Shown: positions 1 through 10,015 of the stretch, piece by piece
Layout of the letters: each line of letters starts with the position of its first letter
How positions within the stretch are numbered: the first letter of the stretch is position 1
Origin: Marinicella sp.
Lineage (GTDB): Bacteria > Pseudomonadota > Gammaproteobacteria > Xanthomonadales > Marinicellaceae
Assembly (NCBI GenBank): GCA_965230295.1
Contig: OZ246001.1
Span: forward strand, 3,392,001-3,456,000
Length of the DNA stretch: 64,000 nucleotides
Direction: 5' to 3'
Notes under the pieces: generated by a model
Databases searched by the model: none
What the model saw: the letters and a program-made list of their open reading frames with translations, nothing else
What the model was told of the DNA's origin: nothing
Made by a program: the position numbers and the translations under genes

Positions 1-1
1 C

Positions 2-400
2 AAAACCATCATCTTGTCTACCCATATCCTGGAAGAGGTGCATGCAGTTTGTGATCGTGCTTTGGTCATCGCTGGCGGTGTCTTGGTTGCAGATAACACA
101 CCAGCTGAAATGGAAAACATGTCCAGATACCATCATGCAGTGAGCTTCGTTTCCGACTTGGATACTGATTTATTGAATAAAATCAAAAATATGGATTGTG
201 TACTTGATGTAAATTATGATTCAAGGTTAAAGGAAACCACCGTGTTTCCAACACAAGGTTTGTTTATCTTCGATGAAATCAGTGAATTTTTAAGAAAAGA
301 ATCCATCCAGGTTAAAAGTCTGAAAATGGAAGCCGGTCGGTTGGATGAGGTATTTCGTAACATCACCCAAAATGTCGGTGAAAGGGAGGTGGTGAAATGA
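2..400 (+). CDS. ABC transporter ATP-binding subunit, GldA-like (5'-truncated by window)
   Basis: Frame open from window edge: KTIILSTHILEEV (ABC H-loop), then a C-terminal domain ending LDEVFRNIT; stop overlaps next start (ATGA). Confidence 0.85.
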   Translation, partial: KTIILSTHILEEVHAVCDRALVIAGGVLVADNTPAEMENMSRYHHAVSFVSDLDTDLLNKIKNMDCVLDVNYDSRLKETTVFPTQGLFIFDEISEFLRKESIQVKSLKMEAGRLDEVFRNITQNVGEREVVK

Positions 401-1131
401 GTCCTATAAGAACCATTGTTAAAAGAGAGTTACAGAGCTATTTCGCGACGCCTATTGCTTATGTCTTTATTGTGATATTTTTGATCATGAGTGGGGTGTT
501 TGGCTTTTATTTTGGTAATTTATATGAAAGGGGTCAGGCTGACCTCATTCCATTTTTCAACTTCCATCCCTGGTTGTATTTATTTTTGGTGCCTGCAGTG
601 GCTATGCGATTGTGGTCTGAAGAACGTAACAGTGGCAACATTGAATTGTTGATGACTCTACCTGTTAATAAAATGGATTGGGTTGTTGGAAAATTTTTGG
701 CCGCGTGGTTGTTCATAGGTCTGGCACTGTTGCTGACGTTCCCTATGGTTGTTTCCATCAATTATTTAGGTAACCCAGACAATGGGTTGATTGTGGCCAG
801 TTATTTTGGCAGTTTCTTACTGGCTGGTGGATTTTTGGCCATTGGCAGTTGTCTGTCAGCAGCCACAAAAAACCAGGTGATAGCATTCATCTTGACAGTG
901 GTGATTTGCTTTTTGTTCCTGCTTTCCGGGTTTCCCATGGTGCTGAACTTCTGCAAACTGTTTTTACCACAAGTGATGGTTGACGCCATTGCCTCAACCA
1001 GCTTTCTGACCCATTTCGACTCAATCACCAAAGGTGTTTTGGATTTAGGGGATTTATGTTATTTCGGCATTGTTATTGGTTTGTGGTTGTACGCCACAGC
1101 GTTAGTTATTGATATGAAAAAGGCAGATTAA
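397..1131 (+). CDS. ABC-2 permease, GldF-like
   Basis: RELQSYFATPIAY and MRLWSEERNSGNIELLMTLP motifs; about 6 TM helices. Confidence 0.88.
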   Translation: MSPIRTIVKRELQSYFATPIAYVFIVIFLIMSGVFGFYFGNLYERGQADLIPFFNFHPWLYLFLVPAVAMRLWSEERNSGNIELLMTLPVNKMDWVVGKFLAAWLFIGLALLLTFPMVVSINYLGNPDNGLIVASYFGSFLLAGGFLAIGSCLSAATKNQVIAFILTVVICFLFLLSGFPMVLNFCKLFLPQVMVDAIASTSFLTHFDSITKGVLDLGDLCYFGIVIGLWLYATALVIDMKKAD

Positions 1132-1133
1132 TC

Positions 1134-2981
1134 ATGCAAAAACAAGCACATAAAACACAATTATTTATGATGGCCGCCATATTCTTGTTGGCTGCCGTTG
1201 TCATCAGCCAAAGTGGTTTGTTCTCTAGGCTGCGAGTCGATTTGACGGAAAACAACTTATTCACTTTGAACGACGGAACCATCAATATATTGAAGGATAT
1301 TGATGAAAACATCCATTTGCGGTTGTTTTATTCTGATCAAGCCACTGAAAACATTCCAATGCTGAGGACATATCACCGCCGGGTGGTTGATTTCCTTCAG
1401 GAACTGGAACGTTATGGTTCCGGGAAATTGACTGTTACCATGATCGATCCAGTGACTTTTTCAGAAGAAGAGGACCAGGCATCACAATATGGCTTGCAAG
1501 CCTTACCTGTTGGGGAGGGTGGTGAAAATGTCTTTTTTGGCATTGCTGGAACCAACGCCATCGATGCCGTTGAAGTCATCCCGTTCCTGCAACCAGATCG
1601 TGAGGCCTTTCTTGAATATGATTTGGCCCAATTGATTTACAACTTGAATAACCCAGCCAAACGCACAGTGGGTGTTATGAGCGACTTGTCGTTGTTAGGA
1701 AGTTTCGATCCACAAACCGGTCAAATTCCAGGGCAAATCATATTTGAGCAGTTGAAAGAAATGTACAATGTGGTTCCTGTGGCTACGGATACCTCAAGCA
1801 TCGGTGATGTCGACTTGTTGTTGGTGGTTCATCCAAAAAACCTGACTGAATCCACACTGTTTGCCATTGATCAATTTGTCATGAATGGCGGCAGACTGAT
1901 GGTCTTTGTTGACCCCATGGCCCAATCAGAAGAAGTGCCTGCAGATCCTCAGAACCCAATGGCCCAACTCCAGGCTGATCGATCATCTGGTTTGGCCGTA
2001 CTGTTTCATGCTTGGGGTGTTGGGTTTGATAAAACCAAGGTGTTGTTAGACAACCAGCACGCCGTATCAATTCAAGCAGCTCAAGGACAAACCATCAGAC
2101 ATTTGGGAATCAATTCGTGGACTCAAAATAACATGAATCAAGATGACATTGTGACTTCTGACCTGTCTTCGCTCAACACGGCGTTGGCCGGGACATTGAC
2201 CAGCAGCACTGATAATTTGTTGCCGATTTTAACCACTTCAGAACAAACCATGTTAACCAGCAATGATGCGATGTCATTGTTGTATAACCCCAATGTTTTG
2301 TTCCAAAACTTCCAGCCAGAAGATCAATCTCATGTCATTGTAGCCAGGATCAAAGGTGCATTGAACAGTGCTTTCCCAAGCGGAATCGAAGGGCAAACAG
2401 AAGTTTTGTCACAAGTTGAGCAACCACAAGTGGTGATATTTGCCGATGTTGATGTTTTGTTTGACCGCATGTGGGTGCGGGCACAAAACTTTTTTGGCAG
2501 GCAGATTTACTCGAATTTCGCTGACAACGGGTCATTAATCAATAACTTGATTGACAACATGACCGGCAGTGCTGATTTGATTCAAGTGCGGGCCAGGGGA
2601 ACTTCAAACAGACCTTTTGATAAAGTACAAGAGATCAAACGGGTCAGTGAGCAAAAATACCGAGAAACTGAAAGCCAACTGCTGCAGCAGCTTCGTGAGA
2701 CAGAAAATAAATTGAATGAATTGCAACGCATCAAAGGTCAAGAAAACCAATTGATCATCAGCCAGGAGCAACAACAGGAAATCAACCGCTTTAAGCAACG
2801 AAAACTTGAAGTGCGAAAAAGCCTCAGAGAAGTCAAACGTAATCTGAACAAAGACATTGAAGCATTGGGCACTCAATTGAAGTTCATTAACATCGCATTG
2901 GTGCCCATATTACTCACGGCATTGATTGTCTTTTTATCTTGGAGAAAATCAAAACGTAAGGAGCGTCAGTATGTTAAGTAA
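1134..2981 (+). CDS. GldG-family ABC auxiliary protein
   Basis: RVDLTENNLFTL, LEYDL and IDQFVMNGGRLMVFVDP motifs; N- and C-terminal TM helices and a coiled coil. Confidence 0.88.
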   Translation: MQKQAHKTQLFMMAAIFLLAAVVISQSGLFSRLRVDLTENNLFTLNDGTINILKDIDENIHLRLFYSDQATENIPMLRTYHRRVVDFLQELERYGSGKLTVTMIDPVTFSEEEDQASQYGLQALPVGEGGENVFFGIAGTNAIDAVEVIPFLQPDREAFLEYDLAQLIYNLNNPAKRTVGVMSDLSLLGSFDPQTGQIPGQIIFEQLKEMYNVVPVATDTSSIGDVDLLLVVHPKNLTESTLFAIDQFVMNGGRLMVFVDPMAQSEEVPADPQNPMAQLQADRSSGLAVLFHAWGVGFDKTKVLLDNQHAVSIQAAQGQTIRHLGINSWTQNNMNQDDIVTSDLSSLNTALAGTLTSSTDNLLPILTTSEQTMLTSNDAMSLLYNPNVLFQNFQPEDQSHVIVARIKGALNSAFPSGIEGQTEVLSQVEQPQVVIFADVDVLFDRMWVRAQNFFGRQIYSNFADNGSLINNLIDNMTGSADLIQVRARGTSNRPFDKVQEIKRVSEQKYRETESQLLQQLRETENKLNELQRIKGQENQLIISQEQQQEINRFKQRKLEVRKSLREVKRNLNKDIEALGTQLKFINIALVPILLTALIVFLSWRKSKRKERQYVK

Positions 2982-3942
2982 CATGAAAGTACTGCTTGTT
3001 TTACTGGTAGTCATCGCTGGTTTGGCATTTTGGGTTTTAAAAGACAATCAAGAGCCCAATGAAAATCAGCCACTGATTCCAGAGTGGCAAGGCAAAAGTG
3101 ATGCAATGGCAAAAGTCAATCGGGTTGTCATCAGTCAAGCAGGAGAGCAAATTGAATTGCAACAATCGGGGAATCGATGGGTACTCAATGGAGGTTTTTA
3201 TGCTTCCATAGATCCATTGTTCAGCCTGCTTCAATCATTCAAAAATGCTGAAATTGTGGAGGCCAAAACTGCCAACCCTGATAACCATGCCCAGATCGAA
3301 CTGTCAGATGATGATTTGAAAGTTGAGTTTTTCAGTGACCAGGGATCTGATGCCTTTCATGTGGGTAAGAAAACGGCGTCAGGCCTGACATTTCTACGCC
3401 TCGAAGGTGAGGATCAGACTTATACAGTTAAAGCACTTGATGCCATTGTTTTCAATCAAGATAACTGGCAATTAAAAACGGTATTGGATATAAGTGACGA
3501 GCAAATTCAATCCATTCTGATAAGCACAGCTGAAGGCAGTGAAGTTGATGTCAGTAGAAACTCCGAAGATGGAAATTTTGAGATCAACAATTTAGCAGAA
3601 GGATTTCAACTAAAGGCTGATGCATCATTGAATCAATTGGCCAATGGCTTATCGAGGTTAATGATTGATGCGGCTGTGCCATTAGATGTGGTGGAAGAAG
3701 AACTGAAAGTCGATGCCAAATATCAATTGGTCAATGGTCAGGAAATCATCATCAAGGTACACCAAAAAGAAGATGGGCATTTCTTGGTCATTGAATCTGA
3801 CCAATATCCGGAGTATGCAGCATGGATGATGAAAATTGCTGACTATAAATTCAATGCATTTAACCGCAGTCTTTCTGAATTCATAGAACCTGTAGATGCT
3901 TCACCAATTGATGAAAAATCTGAGGACGCTTCTATTGAATAA
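2971..3942 (+). CDS. DUF4340-type periplasmic protein of the Gld-like ABC operon
   Basis: ATG at 2971 after AAGGAG; N-terminal anchor; usual fourth gene of GldAFG-like operons. Confidence 0.7.
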   Translation: MLSNMKVLLVLLVVIAGLAFWVLKDNQEPNENQPLIPEWQGKSDAMAKVNRVVISQAGEQIELQQSGNRWVLNGGFYASIDPLFSLLQSFKNAEIVEAKTANPDNHAQIELSDDDLKVEFFSDQGSDAFHVGKKTASGLTFLRLEGEDQTYTVKALDAIVFNQDNWQLKTVLDISDEQIQSILISTAEGSEVDVSRNSEDGNFEINNLAEGFQLKADASLNQLANGLSRLMIDAAVPLDVVEEELKVDAKYQLVNGQEIIIKVHQKEDGHFLVIESDQYPEYAAWMMKIADYKFNAFNRSLSEFIEPVDASPIDEKSEDASIE

Positions 3943-4318
3943 AAAGGCATTTTACTTGGTGGTGGCAGCTGTTTATGGACTGACAGCTGTTGCCATGGGT
4001 GCTATGGGTTCTCATGTGTTTGGTTTGCAGCATGGTACCGAACAATACACTTTATTTCAAACGGCTTTTCTCTATCAGATCATTCATGCATTGTTGTTGA
4101 TCTGGATTGTTTCTCAATTGGATGAAGGACCTTGGGTCAGGTATGCAGCAGCAGCTGTTTCATTGGGCGTACTGCTGTTTTGTGGCGGTCTATATGTGCT
4201 GGTTTTTTATGGTAAATCCACACTCTCTTTTTTGACACCAGTGGGTGGCAGTTTAATTATTTTGGCTTGGCTTAATTTGGTCATCCATGGATTTTTGAAG
4301 TTCAAAGACCGGCCTTAA
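3896..4318 (+). CDS. DUF423 (YgdD/TMEM256) membrane protein
   Basis: GAMGSH, YQIIHA, LFCGGLY and TPVGG motifs; start uncertain. Confidence 0.85.
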   Translation: MLHQLMKNLRTLLLNKKAFYLVVAAVYGLTAVAMGAMGSHVFGLQHGTEQYTLFQTAFLYQIIHALLLIWIVSQLDEGPWVRYAAAAVSLGVLLFCGGLYVLVFYGKSTLSFLTPVGGSLIILAWLNLVIHGFLKFKDRP

Positions 4319-4516
4319 TTCAGTCAAAATGATTGAATTGGTGCGGTCATACGGCTTGATTACCTGATTATACATAACTGTAGTATTATCATTAAAAAAT
4401 TGTTATTTCTGATTGGTTGGCATTCAGAATAGTCAATAATTTGCCAACAATGTCACAAACAGAGCCTTATTATCAGATAAAATTAATTGGATACTCACTT
4501 TAATTTTAGGAACTCG

Positions 4517-6340
4517 ATGAAAAAGAATATAGCAAGAAGACGGCTCCTGGCCGGTACTGCAGCGTCTGCATTGCTGGCTGCATTACCTTCATCAGGCCTG
4601 GTGATCAATGGTGTCAAACGTACATCAACTCCAAGGCCTAATAAAATAGCATCAGCCATCAAAGCTGCTAGTTTACCTCAGCAGCGTTTTTCACATATGG
4701 TTTATAGCAGGCTTGGGTATGGTATCACGCCAGGCGTGTTTGACCATGTTAGGTGGCTTGCTTTGGGTTCTGATGACACCCAGCGTTTATCAAATTTTGT
4801 GTCGCAACAACTGGCTGGTGGGGTCGATGGACCGTTAGATACCCGTATCAATCAGGCTGGTAACTATGCGACTTTGAATAAAAGTTTAACATTGATGTGG
4901 AACCACCACCACGTGAATCCTGGTTCAGGATTGCGCAGCTCATCCCGACCCAGGTATGAAATGCAGCGGTTAAAATTTCTTCGTGCGACCTATTCAATAT
5001 TTCCATTGAGAGAACGAATAGCAGATTTTTGGCACAACCATTTCAGTCTCAATGGTGACAGTTTTTATGCGAGATCAACCTTGACCAGTTGGGATCGTGA
5101 TGTGATCAGAACTCACATGTTAGGAAACTTCCAAAACTTCTTGTTGGCAACTTCCAGGCATCCTGCGATGTTGTATTATTTAGATAACTATAACAACTCT
5201 GTAACAGAGCCCAATGAAAATTATGCCCGTGAATTATTTGAATTACATACCTTAGGTGCTGAGAATTATTATGGGTTGGCCGATCAAAACACCGTACCGA
5301 CGATTCAAGTTCCTGAACGCGGCGGTCCTTGGTCTACTGATGGCATCATACAGGAGTTTTATGTAGACAATGATGTTTACGAGGCGACACGATGTTTGAC
5401 TGGATGGCGTGTTAATGACTCAAGTAGCACAGGCGATAATGGCTTGTTTTTGTATGATGATGATCGACATGATCGTTTTCAAAAATCTGTACTCTACAGT
5501 GGACAGACCAACATACCAGCCAATCAAGGTGTGGATGATGGCTTAGATGTGATCAAATTGCTGGCCAGACATCCAGGCACCGCCAAGCACATAGCTGGAA
5601 AATTGGCTCGTTTCTTCATCTCTGATGATCCGCCACAGTCAGTTATTGATGATGTGGCTGATGTGTTCTATCAGAACAGGAATGCCAATGATCAATTGCA
5701 TCAAGTGTTTACTGCCTTGTTCAATCACCCGGAATTTGCCAACCCAGCCAATTGGCAATCAAAATTAAAGCGCCCATTTGATACCGTGGTTTCTGCCATG
5801 CGCGCGTTGCAAACCAATTTCACCATTAAACCAGATGAAGACAACAGCAATAATCTAGAGTGGAGAATGGATGATACAGGGCATTATCCTTTTGAATGGC
5901 AGCCACCTGATGGTTATCCCGTTCAGTCTAGTTATTGGATGAGTTCAACTGCATTGATTCAAACTTGGAAGACAGTGGATTGGCTGATTGACAGAAATTA
6001 CAATTCTGGCACTTATCTCTCACCTGTCAGGCAACAAACAGTGACTTATTTCACAGCGAATCCAGGAACCATGACACCAGAAAACTTACTGTCGTGGTGG
6101 ATGACTAAAATATTCAACTTGGCGCCGGCTGGTGGTTGGGTAGGAGATCCCGTGTTTGAAGACATTCTTGAGTTCCTCACCCAAAGACCGCCTGACAACC
6201 TCAGTTTCCCCAGTTGGCCAAGAGGTAAAGCAGTGATCGTCTCAGACTTAACTGACAACACATGGCCATACCGTTGGCATGAACGCTTGCGCGGAACGGT
6301 GAGTTTGATTTTGGCCTCGCCTTACTTTATGCAACGATAA
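4517..6340 (+). CDS. DUF1800 family protein, Tat-exported
   Basis: RRRLL Tat signal; FWHNHF, HPAMLYYLDN and NENYARELFELHTLG motifs; ATG 4517 after AGGA. Confidence 0.88.
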   Translation: MKKNIARRRLLAGTAASALLAALPSSGLVINGVKRTSTPRPNKIASAIKAASLPQQRFSHMVYSRLGYGITPGVFDHVRWLALGSDDTQRLSNFVSQQLAGGVDGPLDTRINQAGNYATLNKSLTLMWNHHHVNPGSGLRSSSRPRYEMQRLKFLRATYSIFPLRERIADFWHNHFSLNGDSFYARSTLTSWDRDVIRTHMLGNFQNFLLATSRHPAMLYYLDNYNNSVTEPNENYARELFELHTLGAENYYGLADQNTVPTIQVPERGGPWSTDGIIQEFYVDNDVYEATRCLTGWRVNDSSSTGDNGLFLYDDDRHDRFQKSVLYSGQTNIPANQGVDDGLDVIKLLARHPGTAKHIAGKLARFFISDDPPQSVIDDVADVFYQNRNANDQLHQVFTALFNHPEFANPANWQSKLKRPFDTVVSAMRALQTNFTIKPDEDNSNNLEWRMDDTGHYPFEWQPPDGYPVQSSYWMSSTALIQTWKTVDWLIDRNYNSGTYLSPVRQQTVTYFTANPGTMTPENLLSWWMTKIFNLAPAGGWVGDPVFEDILEFLTQRPPDNLSFPSWPRGKAVIVSDLTDNTWPYRWHERLRGTVSLILASPYFMQR

Positions 6341-6353
6341 CGGGAGCAATGAT

Positions 6354-7637
6354 ATGAAAAAAATGAATCGAAGAGCTTTTTTACAATCAACCGCTGCCTT
6401 AAGTGCATTTTCAGGTATTAATATTGCCCGTGCAGGTGGCTCATCTCCCAGTAACCAGCCCATCATCATTGATTTATTCATGCGTGGGGGTATGGATGGT
6501 TTGAATGTCATCCCGCCGGTTTCTGGCCCTAACAGAACATTTTATGAGCAGTTAAGACCCAATATACAAGTACCATTGAATGGCAGTAACAGCGTGATCA
6601 ACGTGGGTGAAGCCATGGGTTTTCATCCTGCAGCAACAGGCTTAAGGGATATGTATGTGGCGGGTGACATGGCCATCATTCATGGCACTGGTTTGCCTCA
6701 AGAAAATGTCACCAGAAGTCATTTTGATGCCATGAAATTGCGTGAATTGGGTACCCCGGCCAGTATCTCAACAACCAGTGGTTGGCTGACTCGACATCTT
6801 GAGTCTACACCGCATATAACCGGTTCTGAAATCATTCCGGTACTGGTTTCAAATGATTCAAATCCGATCAGTCTTCAGGCTTACTTTAATGCATTGACTG
6901 TTGATCAGGTGGGTGGCTATCACCCGAATTCCGGAGATTATGGTGATACACACGCTCAAGCCATTGGCAAAATGTATCAAGGGAACAGTGCATTGGATTT
7001 ATCTGTCAGTGGCGCCATGGACACCTTGTCAATCATATCGGCTTTGGATTTGAATAATTACGTGCCAGCCGGTGGAGCCAATTACCCCAATTCATCCTTT
7101 GGTGATCAGCTGATGTTAATCGCCCAATTGATTAAAGAGGACCTCAACATCAATGTGGCCACAGCAGACCTGGGTGGTTGGGATACCCACAATGGCCAAG
7201 GTGATGGCGGCGGTGGTAGTTTCTACGGAAGGGTTGAAAACATGTCAAATGCAGTCAGAGCGCTTTGGCAAGATTTGAATGCATCTGGACTCGGTGACCA
7301 AGTGACCATTGTTGTTCACAGTGAATTTGGCAGACGAGCCAGACAAAATGGCCAGGGTGGCAGCGGCACTGATCATGGATCTGGAAATGTGATGTTTGTG
7401 ATTGGTGGCAAAATCAACGGTGGCCAATCATATGGACAATTTGTTGGGCTTTCAAATGAGCAATTATTTGGTGGTGAAGACATCGCTCCTGTTGTTGACT
7501 TTAGGCGTGTCTATGCCACGATATTGCAACAAATACTGGGTAATTCCGACATCAATTATGTGTTCCCAGGTTACGACAACCATGTCAATATGGGTTTTGC
7601 TCCCAGTGATTTGATATTCTCATCTAATTTTGATTGA
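6354..7637 (+). CDS. DUF1501 family protein, Tat-exported
   Basis: NRRAFL Tat signal; MRGGMDGLN, RSHF, GGWDTH, SEFGR and GTDHG motifs. Confidence 0.9.
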   Translation: MKKMNRRAFLQSTAALSAFSGINIARAGGSSPSNQPIIIDLFMRGGMDGLNVIPPVSGPNRTFYEQLRPNIQVPLNGSNSVINVGEAMGFHPAATGLRDMYVAGDMAIIHGTGLPQENVTRSHFDAMKLRELGTPASISTTSGWLTRHLESTPHITGSEIIPVLVSNDSNPISLQAYFNALTVDQVGGYHPNSGDYGDTHAQAIGKMYQGNSALDLSVSGAMDTLSIISALDLNNYVPAGGANYPNSSFGDQLMLIAQLIKEDLNINVATADLGGWDTHNGQGDGGGGSFYGRVENMSNAVRALWQDLNASGLGDQVTIVVHSEFGRRARQNGQGGSGTDHGSGNVMFVIGGKINGGQSYGQFVGLSNEQLFGGEDIAPVVDFRRVYATILQQILGNSDINYVFPGYDNHVNMGFAPSDLIFSSNFD

Positions 7638-7655
7638 ATGATGAGTAGAAGGCAT

Positions 7656-7688
7656 AAAAAAAGGCGATATGGAAATATCGCCTTTTTT
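7656..7688. terminator. Bidirectional intrinsic terminator
   Basis: A-tract, GGCGATAT-GGAA-ATATCGCC hairpin, T-tract, between convergent genes. Confidence 0.85.
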
Positions 7689-7701
7689 GGTTTTAAGTCA
7701 T

Positions 7702-8868
7702 TCAGAAAAATTCATCGTAGACTTGTTTGAATGCTTGTAAGGCCAAATCCAGATCATTTTTTGAATGGGCAGCTGATATTTGTAACCTGATGCGGGCTTT
7801 GCCTTTAGGTACCACAGGAAAACTGAAGCCTATGCAATAAATACCTAGTTCCAACAATCTGTCGGCCATTTCTTTGGCCAATTTGGCGTCACCCAACATG
7901 ATGGGGGTGATTGGGTGCGTTTCACCTGATACGGTATAACCCAATTCGACGATTTTCTTACGAAAATAGGCCGTGTTTTCAGCCAATTGATCACGCAGTG
8001 CGGTTGAATCGGAAATCAATTCGAAAACCTTGATGCTGGCAGCCACCAGCGGTGGTGGTAATGTGTTAGAAAACAGATAAGGTCGCGATCGTTGCCTGAG
8101 TAACTCAATGATTTCTTTTTTGCCAGTGGTGAAGCCGCCTGATCCGCCACCTAATGCTTTGCCTAGTGTTGATGTGAAGACATCAATCTTATCCATCACA
8201 CCAGCCAGTTCAGCGGATCCACGACCAGTGGGTCCGATGAACCCGGTGGCATGAGAATCATCAACCACCACCATGGCATCATATTTTTCAGCCAGATCAG
8301 TGATGGTTCTTAAGTCAGCTATGGTGCCATCCATACTGAATACACCATCGGTGACAATCAATCTTTGTTTGCAATCTTGCGTATCAATCAGAATCTGCTC
8401 CAAAGCTGTCATATCACTGTTTTTGTAACGATGACGTTGTGCTTTACACAAACGAACACCATCAATGATTGATGCATGATTCAACTCGTCGCTGATAACG
8501 GCGTCGTCTTGATCTAAAATGGTTTCGAATAGACCACCATTGGCATCAAAACAGGAAGTGTAAAGGATGGTGTCTTCGGTGCCAAAAAAATCACTGATTT
8601 TTTGCTCCAATTCTTTGTGTAAATCTTGTGTGCCACATATGAATCGCACCGATGCCATACCAAACCCATGGGTGTCCAAGGCTTTTTTGGCTGCTTTAAT
8701 GATCGCAGGGTGGTCGGCCAATGCCAAGTAGTTGTTGGCACAAAAATTGATGACATTTTGCCCGCCTGGTAACTCAATGTGTGATGATTGAGGGCTGGTG
8801 ATGATGCGCTCTGATTTATACAGGCCGTCATCTTTGATGGTTTGAATGATCTCAGAATAATTTTTCAT
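7702..8868 (-). CDS. kbl: Glycine C-acetyltransferase (2-amino-3-ketobutyrate CoA ligase)
   Basis: [17 protein letters not shown] and TLGKALGG (PLP lysine) motifs; adjacent to tdh; alternative TTG start at 8880. Confidence 0.95.
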   Translation of the reverse strand: MKNYSEIIQTIKDDGLYKSERIITSPQSSHIELPGGQNVINFCANNYLALADHPAIIKAAKKALDTHGFGMASVRFICGTQDLHKELEQKISDFFGTEDTILYTSCFDANGGLFETILDQDDAVISDELNHASIIDGVRLCKAQRHRYKNSDMTALEQILIDTQDCKQRLIVTDGVFSMDGTIADLRTITDLAEKYDAMVVVDDSHATGFIGPTGRGSAELAGVMDKIDVFTSTLGKALGGGSGGFTTGKKEIIELLRQRSRPYLFSNTLPPPLVAASIKVFELISDSTALRDQLAENTAYFRKKIVELGYTVSGETHPITPIMLGDAKLAKEMADRLLELGIYCIGFSFPVVPKGKARIRLQISAAHSKNDLDLALQAFKQVYDEFF

Positions 8869-8876
8869 GTTTGGTC

Positions 8877-9899
8877 TCAATCCCAGCTACAAACAACTTT
8901 ACCGCATTGGCCTGATGACATCAGGTCAAAACCGGTCTGAAAGTCGTCGATGTGAATTTCATGGGTAAGGGCTTTTTCAAGTGGAAAGCCAGATAACAGC
9001 AATTGGGTCATTTTGTACCACGTTTCATACATTTTCCTTCCAGTGATGCCTTTGACTGACAAGCCTTTGAAAATGATGTTGTCCCAATTGATTTGTGTGC
9101 TGTCAGGCAGCATGCCGAGTAGGGTAATCTTGCCGCCGTTGTACATGCTGTCGAGCATGTCGTTGAAAGCCAATGGGTTGCCAGACATTTCCATGCCCAA
9201 ATCAAAGCCAGTGATGTCCATTTCGGCCATTACATCTGAGAGTTTTTCTTTGGCCACATTGACACAGCGGGTTGCCCCCATAGACTTGGCCAATTCTAGG
9301 CGATAATCATTGACATCAGTAATCACAACATTCCTGGCACCCACATGTTTACAAATACCTGTGGCTATGATGCCTATCGGTCCGGCACCGGTTATTAAAA
9401 CGTCTTCACCCACCATGTCATATTCAAGTGCACAATGTGCGGCGTTACCAAATGGATCGAAAAAGGCTGCTAATTTTGACGGGATGCTGTCTGACACCGG
9501 CCAAAGATTTTGAACTGGCATGGTGATGTATTCAGCAAAGGCGCCATTTCTGTTGACCCCAATGCCTTGGGTGTTGGGGCACAAATGTGGTGTACCAGCA
9601 CGACAGTTTCGGCACACGCCACATACAATGTGACCTTCTGCACTGACTCGCTGGCCTATATCATAGCCATTGACTTCACTGCCCATCTCAACGATATGAC
9701 CAACAAACTCATGACCAATCACCAAGGGTGGTTTGATGACTTTGGCAGACCATTCATCCCATTTATAAATATGTAAATCAGTGCCACAAATGGCGGTTTT
9801 TTCAACTTTGATTAAGACGTCATTATGTCCCATATAAGGCATGTCTACATCTTCCATCCAAATACCTGTTTCAGGATGTTTTTTTACCAGTGCTTTCAT
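8877..9899 (-). CDS. tdh: L-threonine 3-dehydrogenase
   Basis: [27 protein letters not shown] and GAGPIG motifs. Confidence 0.96.
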   Translation of the reverse strand: MKALVKKHPETGIWMEDVDMPYMGHNDVLIKVEKTAICGTDLHIYKWDEWSAKVIKPPLVIGHEFVGHIVEMGSEVNGYDIGQRVSAEGHIVCGVCRNCRAGTPHLCPNTQGIGVNRNGAFAEYITMPVQNLWPVSDSIPSKLAAFFDPFGNAAHCALEYDMVGEDVLITGAGPIGIIATGICKHVGARNVVITDVNDYRLELAKSMGATRCVNVAKEKLSDVMAEMDITGFDLGMEMSGNPLAFNDMLDSMYNGGKITLLGMLPDSTQINWDNIIFKGLSVKGITGRKMYETWYKMTQLLLSGFPLEKALTHEIHIDDFQTGFDLMSSGQCGKVVCSWD

Positions 9900-10015
9900 T
9901 TTTTATTTGATTTGCATTTTGAGCCGCCTGCATCAAAACAGACGGCTTATGTTGAAGAGGTTTGTATTATAAACTGATTTGGTTGGTTGTACGATATGTG
10001 TCAGTTAATGTGCAC

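Noticed and set aside
2-3942. Gliding motility system
   Set aside because: GldAFG-like ABC operons are widespread in non-gliding proteobacteria, and no gliding motor or T9SS genes are present here.
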